From Myxococcota bacterium (lineage in GTDB: Bacteria > Myxococcota_A > UBA9160 > UBA4427), in NCBI GenBank assembly GCA_036336835.1, contig JAYZFK010000011.1, forward strand, positions 1 to 44,116: a DNA stretch of 44,116 bases, written 5' to 3'. The translations under genes were made by a program, and so were the position numbers. The notes under the pieces were generated by a model. That model made no database searches and was not told the DNA's origin. It worked only from the letters and a program-made list of their open reading frames with translations. Shown here piece after piece: positions 29,561 to 37,709 of the stretch. The number at the start of each line of letters is the position of its first letter. The stretch's first letter is position 1.

Positions 29561-30793
29561 CTAGCGGAAGTCGAACGCGACCTTCATCGCACCGCTCTCG
29601 CCCTGGTCGGCGAGCACGCCGAATGCCTCTCGCCATTCGTTCAGCCGGAACGTGTGCGTGAGGAGTCCGCTGAGGTCGATGCGGCCGCTGTCGGCCAGAT
29701 CGAGATAGTGCTGGATGCCGTGCTTGCGCACACCCTCGACCTCTTCGACTCCAAAGGCATTCGAGCCGACCAGACGAATCTCCTTGAAGTAGAGCGGCGT
29801 CGCTTCCCAGCGCTCCGCGCCGTGGACACCGGCCTGCACCAACGTCCCTCGGGAGCGAACGACCCGACAACCGACCTCGAGCGTCTCCGCCTTGCCGATC
29901 GTGTCGTACACGACGTCGATGCCGCCGGGAAACGCCATCGGCAGGCCGCGCGGAACCGCGAGCAGCTGGCCACCCGACCAGTCGCACACGTCTTCGATCA
30001 GCTGCCCTCGATCGAAGGGATCCGTGAAGACTCTCGCAGCACCCAGCTCGTGGGCGAACTCGATCTGTGCCGGGAAGCGGGCGACCACGCCGACCTCGAC
30101 GTCTGCGAACAGGGCTCGCAAGATCGCGATGTGCGTGCTGCCCAGCGCCCCGGCGCCGTAGACGAGCACCTTGCTTCCCGGGAGCGGCGGATTGCGCGTA
30201 ATGCTGTGGAGCGAGACGGCGAAGGGGTCGGCGAGCACCGCAGCTTCGTCGGACATGCCGTCTGGAACCGCAAACAGCATCGAGTCGTGGGCCGGCAAGC
30301 GCTCCGCGAAGCCTCCCGTACCATCGCTCGACGTCCCGCTGTGAATCCCGTTCGCGAGCCGACCCTGTTGGAAGCTGGCGCACAGGCTGAGATCGCCGGC
30401 CCGACAGAACACGCAGGGCGGCTCGATGCCGCGCGGCCCGCAGGACAGCCACGGGTTGAGCACGACCCGCTGTCCCAGCTCGAGCCCGCTCGCCTGCGGT
30501 CCCAGCAGGGCCACGGTGCCGACGTACTCGTGGCCGAGGATCTGGGGAAACGAGGTCAGCGAGATCATCGGGCTCTCGAAGCTGTTGCCGAAATCACTGA
30601 AGACCTGCTTCGAGTCCGATCCGCAGATGCCCGTCAGGCGAGACTCGACCACTGCCCAGTCGGGGCCGAGCAGACCCGGATCGTCGACCGTCTGGAGGTT
30701 CATCGGCGTGCTGGCGAGACCGCGGACCAGCTCGTTCGCGTCGTCGGATACGGACTGCTTCTCGGACTCCACTCCGTAGACCAGTGCCTTCAC
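29561..30793 (-). CDS. Zinc-dependent alcohol dehydrogenase (MDR family)
   Basis: CGSD, GHE, structural-Zn cysteines CGPRGIEPPCVFCRAGDLSLC, GAGALG; GGAGG RBS; GTGA overlap with the light-chain gene. Confidence 0.92.
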   Translation of the reverse strand: MKALVYGVESEKQSVSDDANELVRGLASTPMNLQTVDDPGLLGPDWAVVESRLTGICGSDSKQVFSDFGNSFESPMISLTSFPQILGHEYVGTVALLGPQASGLELGQRVVLNPWLSCGPRGIEPPCVFCRAGDLSLCASFQQGRLANGIHSGTSSDGTGGFAERLPAHDSMLFAVPDGMSDEAAVLADPFAVSLHSITRNPPLPGSKVLVYGAGALGSTHIAILRALFADVEVGVVARFPAQIEFAHELGAARVFTDPFDRGQLIEDVCDWSGGQLLAVPRGLPMAFPGGIDVVYDTIGKAETLEVGCRVVRSRGTLVQAGVHGAERWEATPLYFKEIRLVGSNAFGVEEVEGVRKHGIQHYLDLADSGRIDLSGLLTHTFRLNEWREAFGVLADQGESGAMKVAFDFR

Positions 30794-31347
30794 GCCGCAC
30801 CTCCCGTCCGTCCTCGCTGCTCGGTCGCAACCCCGATGACGATGGAAACGGTCGAGTTGTAGATGACCCCCGCACTTCCCATGCACCAGCCGATGTCGTT
30901 GCTCCGCTGCGGGGAGTACACGGGCTTGTCACCTTCGTTGCGATGGCAGAAACAGTTTCCGCAGGGTCCCTTTCCACAGCAATCGTTGTAGGAGACGATG
31001 TAGTCCTTGCCGTCCGCCGGGTTGCGACAGGTCCCGATCCACGTGACCGCCGACATCTGTGTCCCCGGCGGACAAGACGTGGCCGTGCCCCCGCAACAGC
31101 TCGCGGCAAAGCCGTCGATCGAGCAGAAACGCCAGTACTCGCAGCTGGTGGGATCGCCTTCCGGTGTCGAGCGGTCCGGCTCGTCGGGAGCGGGCTCGCG
31201 AGCTCCCGCGCGGCGTGCAACCGGCAGAAGTGGAAGCGCAGCGCCACCGATCAGCAACATTCCCAACGTGCCGACCAGACCGCGGCGAGAGGTACGCTGC
31301 GCCAGCCAGCGCGTCACGCCGGAAATCCAGCGATCGAGTGCGGTCAC
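30790..31347 (-). CDS. mauA: TTQ amine dehydrogenase light chain (MauA/AauA family)
   Basis: Tat signal SRRGL; CEYWRFCSIDG, CPPG, TWIGTC (Trp57 equivalent), YNDCCG, NDIGWC (Trp108 equivalent); 12 Cys. Confidence 0.95.
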   Translation of the reverse strand: MTALDRWISGVTRWLAQRTSRRGLVGTLGMLLIGGAALPLLPVARRAGAREPAPDEPDRSTPEGDPTSCEYWRFCSIDGFAASCCGGTATSCPPGTQMSAVTWIGTCRNPADGKDYIVSYNDCCGKGPCGNCFCHRNEGDKPVYSPQRSNDIGWCMGSAGVIYNSTVSIVIGVATEQRGRTGGAA

Positions 31348-32666
31348 GGCAGTGCTCCAACGCCGGCCGCGACGAGACCGCGAAACGGCGAAGGCTGGAG
31401 CGCCTGTACAGTCATGTTGCCCGTGACGACCCGCCTGAGAAACTCCCCACTCAGTGCATCATAGACCGCCAACGATGCACTGAACGAGGATGCCGTCGCG
31501 AGGATCGGCTCTTCGTCCTGCGTCACGGCGATGTGCTCGATCGGAAAGGCGGGTGCCACGTGGTCGAGCAGGAAGTCGTAGAGACCGTCGAACGGCCAGG
31601 CCCAGTCGCGACCGAACGCCAGGGACATCCCCATGACTGTCACGCCCGGGTTGCGCAGCTCGATGCGCCCCACGCGTTCTCGAGCGGCGATGTCGTAGAC
31701 CCAGACCTCGGTCCCACCTTCCTTGTGCGTATCGGGCCCGCCCTGGTGGACCGCCGCGTAGAGCCGACCCGTCGGCTCGTGCAGTGCGAGGTGTTGCGCC
31801 CCGCCGATGCGCCAGGAGCGCGCACGATCCTCGGCGCTGATCAGCGACCAGGGGGACTCGAAGCTCGGCTCTCCCGAGGAGAAGTCGATGACGTGTGCCC
31901 AGCCGGCGAACGACACGAAGATCCACGAATCGCCCCAGCGCACGCCCTTCTCCGTCACCGGATCCAGCTCGGGATCGAAGAACGGCGCGCTGCGCTGGCT
32001 TTGCCGGACTCGGCCGGCTTCGTCGAGCGTCACGCTGAGCAACGAGCCATCCCCGCAGAGCATCGCGAAGCGGCGGTCTCCAACCCCGTAGACCAGGCTG
32101 CAGCCCGGTGTCGGAATCTCTCCCGCGAAGCGACGCTCCTCGAGATCGACGACGCCGAGCGACGTGGCCGGCGTCATGTTGAAGACGGCCAGGAACCGCT
32201 GGTCGTCGGACAGCGCCGAGTTGCCAACGGGCAGCGGGTTCACCGCCCGCTTGGGCGGGAGGATCACTTCATCGACCGGCGACAACGAGGCCGCGTCGTA
32301 GATCGTGGCCACGTCCGTCCGGATACCGCGTGTGCGACGCGAGTGATGGGTCTCCGGCAGATAGATCTCGGCCCGGTCCGGAGAGAAGAGCGCAACCGGG
32401 ACGCCGTAGCCGGCGTTGATCTGACCCAGGAACGCTCCGGAGTCCAGATCGACCAGTGCAATGCGCTCGAGCAGAGCATCGGAGACCCACATCCAATGCG
32501 GCCCGAACGGCGACGGCAGCACCTCGACCTCGCCGATCCGCTCGATCGGGACGTCGGCATCGGCTACGCGTGTCGCCGCCAGTGCGAGTGTCGCGCAACC
32601 ACAGACCACGAGGACTGCGCTGGAGCGGCCGATCCTCGAATGCAGAGAAACGCCGCCACGGGTCAT
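31344..32666 (-). CDS. mauB: TTQ amine dehydrogenase heavy chain (MauB/AauB family)
   Basis: Signal peptide, HSRRTRGIRTD, FNMTPATS..VVD, PGCSLVY..MLCGDG, WRIGGAQ, HKEGGTEVWVYD; GTGA overlap with the light-chain gene. Confidence 0.92.
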   Translation of the reverse strand: MTRGGVSLHSRIGRSSAVLVVCGCATLALAATRVADADVPIERIGEVEVLPSPFGPHWMWVSDALLERIALVDLDSGAFLGQINAGYGVPVALFSPDRAEIYLPETHHSRRTRGIRTDVATIYDAASLSPVDEVILPPKRAVNPLPVGNSALSDDQRFLAVFNMTPATSLGVVDLEERRFAGEIPTPGCSLVYGVGDRRFAMLCGDGSLLSVTLDEAGRVRQSQRSAPFFDPELDPVTEKGVRWGDSWIFVSFAGWAHVIDFSSGEPSFESPWSLISAEDRARSWRIGGAQHLALHEPTGRLYAAVHQGGPDTHKEGGTEVWVYDIAARERVGRIELRNPGVTVMGMSLAFGRDWAWPFDGLYDFLLDHVAPAFPIEHIAVTQDEEPILATASSFSASLAVYDALSGEFLRRVVTGNMTVQALQPSPFRGLVAAGVGALP

Positions 32667-32765
32667 CAGGCGAAACTGAGGGATTCGCTTGGCGCTTGTC
32701 AACCATGCCCTCCCTGTTGGTATCTTCCGGACGCCGATCGGCGACGACACCGCTTGGGAGACACC

Positions 32766-33203
32766 ATGAATCGCTCGACACGAGCCCGACCGCTGCGCTT
32801 GCTTGCGTCGCTCATCGCCGTCCAGCTGACCGGGGCTGCCTGTGCCTCCTCTCCGGGGCTTGCGCCGTGTCCTTCCCCGAACCTCGGACGGGTCCACGTC
32901 CCCGCATCCATCGAGCTGCCGAAGGGAGACGCCGCCGCCGGGGCCAGTCTCTTCGAGACGGAGTGCGCCAAGTGTCACGAGCCGCAACAAGCCGCCCGCT
33001 CGCGTCTGCGGGCGGGCTATCCCCGCCTCGACTGCGCCGACTTCCTCGGCAGTGTCTCGGACGCGTACCTGGCCCATGTGATCGGGGAAGGCGGCGAATC
33101 GGTCGGGCTCGCCGCCACGATGCAGCCCTTCGCAGGGCGCCTCTCGGCGTCCCAGATGGCCGATCTGATCGCTTTCATTCGTCAGGCAGAGCGATCCAAC
33201 TGA
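32766..33203 (+). CDS. Monoheme c-type cytochrome, probable lipoprotein
   Basis: GGGAG RBS, signal ending GAAC, CAKCH heme motif, candidate axial Met in TMQPF, C-terminal DLIAFIR helix. Confidence 0.88.
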   Translation: MNRSTRARPLRLLASLIAVQLTGAACASSPGLAPCPSPNLGRVHVPASIELPKGDAAAGASLFETECAKCHEPQQAARSRLRAGYPRLDCADFLGSVSDAYLAHVIGEGGESVGLAATMQPFAGRLSASQMADLIAFIRQAERSN

Positions 33204-33339
33204 TCGCGAACACCGCGCCGCGCATCCGACGCCCGCAGCACGGCCACCTCTGCCGGCCACCTCTGCCGGCCGACTGGCCACGGACTGGCCGCCACAGACG
33301 ATCCGGGACGACCCGCCGAAGGTTGCGTAGGCTATCCAG

Positions 33340-33717
33340 ATGAAACACACGCAGCCGATGCCGGCCGAGATCACCCCCGCCCTGCAGCAGCGCATCGAAG
33401 CCTTCCGGGAGGAGCACGCCGGGGACGAGCTCGGAGGCGTCGCGTCGAGAGTCCTCTTCGAGGACGAGCGCGTGAGGATCTGGGAGATGACGCTCGAGCC
33501 CGGCGAGTGCAGCGACCTGCACCGTCACGACCACGACTACTACCTGGCGATCCTGTCCGGTGACCTGGTGGCCGGTGTCGGCCACGAGGACTTCGGTGTC
33601 TGGCACGTGCCGAAGGCTGGCAACACCATTGGACTCGGCAAGGGCGCGACCGAGTGGGCCGTCAACGTCGGCCAAGAGACCTACCGCGAGATCCTGATCG
33701 AGCTGAAGGACAGCTGA
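33340..33717 (+). CDS. Cupin-domain protein
   Basis: LFEDERVRIWEMTLEPGE, HRHDHDY, NVG...YREILIELK. Confidence 0.85.
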   Translation: MKHTQPMPAEITPALQQRIEAFREEHAGDELGGVASRVLFEDERVRIWEMTLEPGECSDLHRHDHDYYLAILSGDLVAGVGHEDFGVWHVPKAGNTIGLGKGATEWAVNVGQETYREILIELKDS

Positions 33718-33789
33718 CGCCCGAGCTCACGGCAAGGTCCCGCCGTTCGACGGCATCCGCTTCCCCCTGGGCCGTGCTCCTGGGCCGTG

Positions 33790-35001
33790 CTAGCTGGGCG
33801 GACCGAACACGATCGGCATCTGCAGATAGCCGTCCACGAACTCCGAGCGGGCCCGGACGACCTCGTGCTCGACGACCTGGTACTCCGGCGACGCGGAGAG
33901 CAGCTCCTCGTACATGACCCTTGCTTCGAGCCGCGCCGCGTGCTGCCCGAGACACAGGTGTGTGCCGTGGCCGAACGACAGAATGCGCGGCGCGCGGCGG
34001 TGGATGTCGAAGCGGTCGGGGTCGTCGAACTCGCGCGCGTCGCGGTTGGCCGATCGATAGAGCAGCAGCACACCTTGTCCGGCGCGAATCTTCTGGCCGC
34101 GCAGCTCGACGTCTCGCGTGGCGGTGCGCGAGAGAAACTGGGTGGGCATCTCGTAGCGCGCAATCTCCGTAAAGGCCGTGGGAATGAGCGACGGATCAGC
34201 GACGAGCTCCGCTCGCTGCTCGGGGTGCCGATCGAGCTGCAGCACGCCTCCCGCGAAGACCTTCGGCAGCGTCTCGGTGCCACCGACCACGAGGGTCGTC
34301 AGGTGCGAGGCCAGCTCCTCGTCGCTGTAGGCACGACCATCGATCGCAACCTGCAGGTAGGCGTCCAGCACGTCGCCGTCGCCGAGCCCGCGCCGTCGCC
34401 GCTCGCGCACCGCGTCGAGCAGGTACCCGCGCAGCTCGCCCGAGGCGGCCATCCCGTCGGGCGGCATGCCTTCGATGCCGGGCTCACGCGCGAAGAAGCG
34501 CTTCACCACGGCCGCCAGCTGCGGACCGTCTTCGACCGGCAGGCCGATCGTCAGGCACACGACGCGAGCGGAGACCTGGCCCGCCAGGTCGTCGATCACG
34601 TCGAGCCGACCCACTGAAAGGGCCTTGGCGATGCAGTCGCGGGCGAGCGAGCGCACCGCGTGCTCGAGGTGCGCGACGCCGCGCGGCGAGAAGTGTCGCG
34701 TCAGCTGCTTTCGCAGCTGCGTGTGCTGAGGCGGATTCATGCCGAAGATACTGCTGCGGGCAGACACCTCCGTCTGGTCCTCCGCCTGGAGGACCTCCGC
34801 CGTCACCGTGGTATCGAGCGACGGCCCGGGCGCAGTGAAGGTCTGGGGATTCTCGCCGACGTGCCACACGTCCTCGAACAGCGACAGGGCCCAGACGCCG
34901 CGGCGCTCGACGTAGTGGACCGGACTCTCTGCGCGCAGCCGCGCGTAGACCGGGAAGGGATCGTCGCGCATCTCGTCCGAGAATGGGTCGTAGTCGATCA
35001 T
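33790..35001 (-). CDS. Cytochrome P450
   Basis: DPFPVYARLR, NPPQHT, I-helix GGTET, EIARY (ExxR), heme motif FGHGTHLCLG. Start 35001 or 35010. Confidence 0.95.
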   Translation of the reverse strand: MIDYDPFSDEMRDDPFPVYARLRAESPVHYVERRGVWALSLFEDVWHVGENPQTFTAPGPSLDTTVTAEVLQAEDQTEVSARSSIFGMNPPQHTQLRKQLTRHFSPRGVAHLEHAVRSLARDCIAKALSVGRLDVIDDLAGQVSARVVCLTIGLPVEDGPQLAAVVKRFFAREPGIEGMPPDGMAASGELRGYLLDAVRERRRRGLGDGDVLDAYLQVAIDGRAYSDEELASHLTTLVVGGTETLPKVFAGGVLQLDRHPEQRAELVADPSLIPTAFTEIARYEMPTQFLSRTATRDVELRGQKIRAGQGVLLLYRSANRDAREFDDPDRFDIHRRAPRILSFGHGTHLCLGQHAARLEARVMYEELLSASPEYQVVEHEVVRARSEFVDGYLQMPIVFGPPS

Positions 35002-35126
35002 CCCAGCCATTCCTCGCTTGGCGCACTGTGAGCGCTGCGGCGCGATCGCCGCGTCGCGCACCGTAGCCTTATACGCGATCGCGGTGTGCATGGCGAGCCG
35101 ACGCCCCGGGCAGCCGGCGCGCCGGT

Positions 35127-35158
35127 TATACTGCGAATCGACTAGTCGCAACTTCGCA
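35127..35158 (+). promoter_or_regulatory. Candidate -10 box (TATACT) plus adjoining inverted repeat (possible operator)
   Basis: TATACT 35127-35132; TGCGAA-N15-TTCGCA 35132-35158 enclosing the palindrome CGACTAGTCG (35139-35148), in the divergent P450/SDR spacer. Confidence 0.45.
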
Positions 35159-35178
35159 AGCCAAGAGGAAGAGCCGGC

Positions 35179-35937
35179 ATGGGCAAGCTAGACGGAAAGG
35201 TGGCGCTGATCACTGGCGCCGCGCGAGGTCAGGGCGAGGCGGAGGCGCGCCTCTTCGTGGAGCAAGGCGCCCGGGTCGTCCTGGGCGACATGCGAGACGA
35301 CCTCGGCAAGCAGGTGGCCGAGTCGCTCGGAAACGCCGCGATCTATCTGAATCACGACGTGAGTCACGAAGAGAGCTGGGCGGGCTTCTGCGCCGGGGCC
35401 CTGGAAGCCTTCGGCAAGATCGACGTGCTGGTCAACAATGCCGGCATCCTGATGACGGGCAGCATTGCCGAGACCAGCCTCGACGAGTACATGCGCGTGC
35501 TCCAGGTCAACCAGGTCGGAGTCTTCCTCGGCATGAAGGCGGTGCTCGGCCCGATGACCGAGGCCGGGGCCGGCTCGATCGTCAACATCTCGTCGGTCGG
35601 GGGCCTAGCCGGGGTTCCGGGCATGGTGTCCTATGTCTCGAGCAAGTTCGCAGTGCGCGGCATGACGAAGACGGCTGCGCTGGAGCTCGGCCCGCTCGGG
35701 ATCCGCGTGAACTCCGTGCACCCGGGCGGCGTCGACACGCCGATGCTCGCCCCGATCGGAATGGGTGCCGAGGCAGGCGACGGGCGCGATATCTACGCGG
35801 GAGTGCCACTGCGACGGATCAGTGAAGCTTCCGAGATCGCGCAGCTCGTGGCCTTCCTCGCCTCCGATGATTCCTCGTACTGCACGGGCTCGGAGTTCAC
35901 TGCCGACGGAGGCATGATGGCCGGGATTCCGCTCTAG
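35179..35937 (+). CDS. SDR, 3alpha(or 20beta)-hydroxysteroid dehydrogenase-like
   Basis: TGAARGQGEAEAR, NNAG, YVSSKFAVRGMTK, VNSVHPG, SSYCTGSEF. Confidence 0.88.
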   Translation: MGKLDGKVALITGAARGQGEAEARLFVEQGARVVLGDMRDDLGKQVAESLGNAAIYLNHDVSHEESWAGFCAGALEAFGKIDVLVNNAGILMTGSIAETSLDEYMRVLQVNQVGVFLGMKAVLGPMTEAGAGSIVNISSVGGLAGVPGMVSYVSSKFAVRGMTKTAALELGPLGIRVNSVHPGGVDTPMLAPIGMGAEAGDGRDIYAGVPLRRISEASEIAQLVAFLASDDSSYCTGSEFTADGGMMAGIPL

Positions 35938-35970
35938 CTCGCTCCGGCCCGATTGCGCAAGGCGCGACGC

Positions 35971-36630
35971 ATGTCCGATACGCAAGAAGTGAGCGTTCGC
36001 GAGATCGCCCCGGGCATCTTCCACTGGAGCGCACTCCACCCGATCATCCGGGTTCGCGTCAGCAGCTACTACCTTGCGGAAGCTCGCACCGTTCTCGATC
36101 CACTGGTCCCCGCGGAAGGCCTCGGCTTGTTCGACGAGCGCGAGCCACCGCTGCGCGTGCTGCTCACCAACCGACTCCACTGCCGGCACACGCACCGCTT
36201 CGTCGAGGCCTTCGGGTGCGAGGTGTGGACCAACCGCGAGGGACTGAGCCACTTCGGGCCCGAGGGCGAAATCCAGGGGCTGGACGTGCGTGGCTTCGAG
36301 GCGGGCGAGAGCCTTCCGGGAGGTCTCGAGAGCCTGGCGGTCGGAGTGCTGTGCCCGGACGAGACCGCCTTCCGGATCCCCGGCCGGGAGCCGGCGCTGG
36401 CGATCGCCGACGGCGTGATCCGCGACGGCGATGGCCCGCTCGCGTTCGTGCCCGATGCGCTGCTCGGCGACGATCCCGAGGCGGTCAAGCGGGGGTTGTG
36501 CGCTGCCTACGCGCGACTGCTGCCGCTCGAGTTCGACCACCTGCTGCTCGCCCACGGCGATCCCTGGATCGGCGGGGGGCGGGAGGCACTGCGCAATTTC
36601 AGCGGGACGCCGTCAGCTTCCGCTCCGTGA
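35971..36630 (+). CDS. Metallo-beta-lactamase-fold protein with atypical metal motif
   Basis: VLDP, LLTNRLHCRH, IADG, LLLAHGDP follow MBL motif order. Confidence 0.7.
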   Translation: MSDTQEVSVREIAPGIFHWSALHPIIRVRVSSYYLAEARTVLDPLVPAEGLGLFDEREPPLRVLLTNRLHCRHTHRFVEAFGCEVWTNREGLSHFGPEGEIQGLDVRGFEAGESLPGGLESLAVGVLCPDETAFRIPGREPALAIADGVIRDGDGPLAFVPDALLGDDPEAVKRGLCAAYARLLPLEFDHLLLAHGDPWIGGGREALRNFSGTPSASAP

Positions 36631-37447
36631 AGTCGCGAGCGCCGAGCGTGACATCGAGCTCGAGCTTCTTCACGCGCAGGTGGGTAAAGCTGCCCGTCTT
36701 GAGCTGGGTCATCTTCGACCGCTGCGGTACCCAGATCTCCTTCGGGGTGCCGCCGCGCTCCTCACCCACGAACTTCTCGATCGAGTCGGGCTCGGCGTTG
36801 AGCGCCTTGATCATCACATCGCGATCATCCCAGTAGTGGTTGCGGATCGTGACGTAATGCTCCTTCTCCACGTGGGCGACGAACTTGGAGTACTCGGACT
36901 TCTTCTCGGGCTTGGGATGGACCTCGACCACGAAGACCGGGATCCCGTCGACCGCGGCGTCCGGCATGCGTTTGTAGGTCGCGTCCTCGATCTCTCGGGG
37001 CAGCACGTCCTCCATGCTGAAGTCGGTCCCAAACACCGACTCGCCCCGCAGATTGATGCGACGCACCCGCCGGGCGCTCGGGCGGTAGATGAACTGGTCC
37101 TCGCCCCCGCCGACCTTCTTGATCACCAGATAGCCCATGTGTCGGACGTCTTCGGGCTTCGAGTACTTCGCGATGGTCTTCGAGACGATGCGCTCGTCGA
37201 CACCGCGGAAGCTCAGATACTTCATCTCGAGCTCCGTCCTCTGGGTCCTCGCCGACCGGTCACCGGACTCCATCTCGATGTCCTGGAGGTAGGTGTAGAA
37301 GCGATTCTCCAGAGCGCGCTCGTAGATCTGCTCACCGGTGAGCTCAGACTCGGGAACCGCCTCGAGCGCCGCCTGCTCGGCAGACACTCCGGGCGGACTC
37401 ATCCAGAGCCCGAGCAAGAGCAGCCAACCGATTCGAGTCCACCGCAT
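36599..37447 (-). CDS. Outer-membrane lipoprotein-sorting protein (LolA-like)
   Basis: Signal peptide, PEDVR..GYL, DQFIYRPS.RRVRRI, FGTDFSMED, SEYSK, DFTERKL; GGAG RBS. Confidence 0.85.
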   Translation of the reverse strand: MRWTRIGWLLLLGLWMSPPGVSAEQAALEAVPESELTGEQIYERALENRFYTYLQDIEMESGDRSARTQRTELEMKYLSFRGVDERIVSKTIAKYSKPEDVRHMGYLVIKKVGGGEDQFIYRPSARRVRRINLRGESVFGTDFSMEDVLPREIEDATYKRMPDAAVDGIPVFVVEVHPKPEKKSEYSKFVAHVEKEHYVTIRNHYWDDRDVMIKALNAEPDSIEKFVGEERGGTPKEIWVPQRSKMTQLKTGSFTHLRVKKLELDVTLGARDFTERKLTASR

Positions 37448-37709
37448 GCGGTCTCCACCTCGCGCGCCGTCGGCCCCGTGAAGAGCGAGACCGACGGCCG
37501 CGACAGTAACACGGAGTCTGGTGCATACGGTGCCCGGCTCCTTCGTGAAGCCGACGACGAACTGATCGACGGCGGCGCTCTCGGGAAGGCTCCAGTGATC
37601 GAAGCCACCTGGCCGTGGACGCGAGAGGACGAGAACTGATGGTGGATGATCGTGGTACAGGTCGGAAATACACCAGCCTGGCGAGTCACCACCATGCGCG
37701 TGAGGGCAC

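Noticed and set aside
30790..32666. Calling the locus evidence of methylamine methylotrophy
   Set aside because: The light-chain Cys pattern is AADH-like and no C1-metabolism genes are present; the substrate cannot be read from sequence.
33241..33271. 13-bp tandem duplication CGGCCACCTCTGC x2 between the cytochrome and cupin genes
   Set aside because: Only two copies in GC-rich DNA; most simply a local slippage duplication.
37448..37709. Possible small ORF or ncRNA in the LolA-like/MATE spacer
   Set aside because: No convincing start, RBS, motif or recognisable RNA structure.
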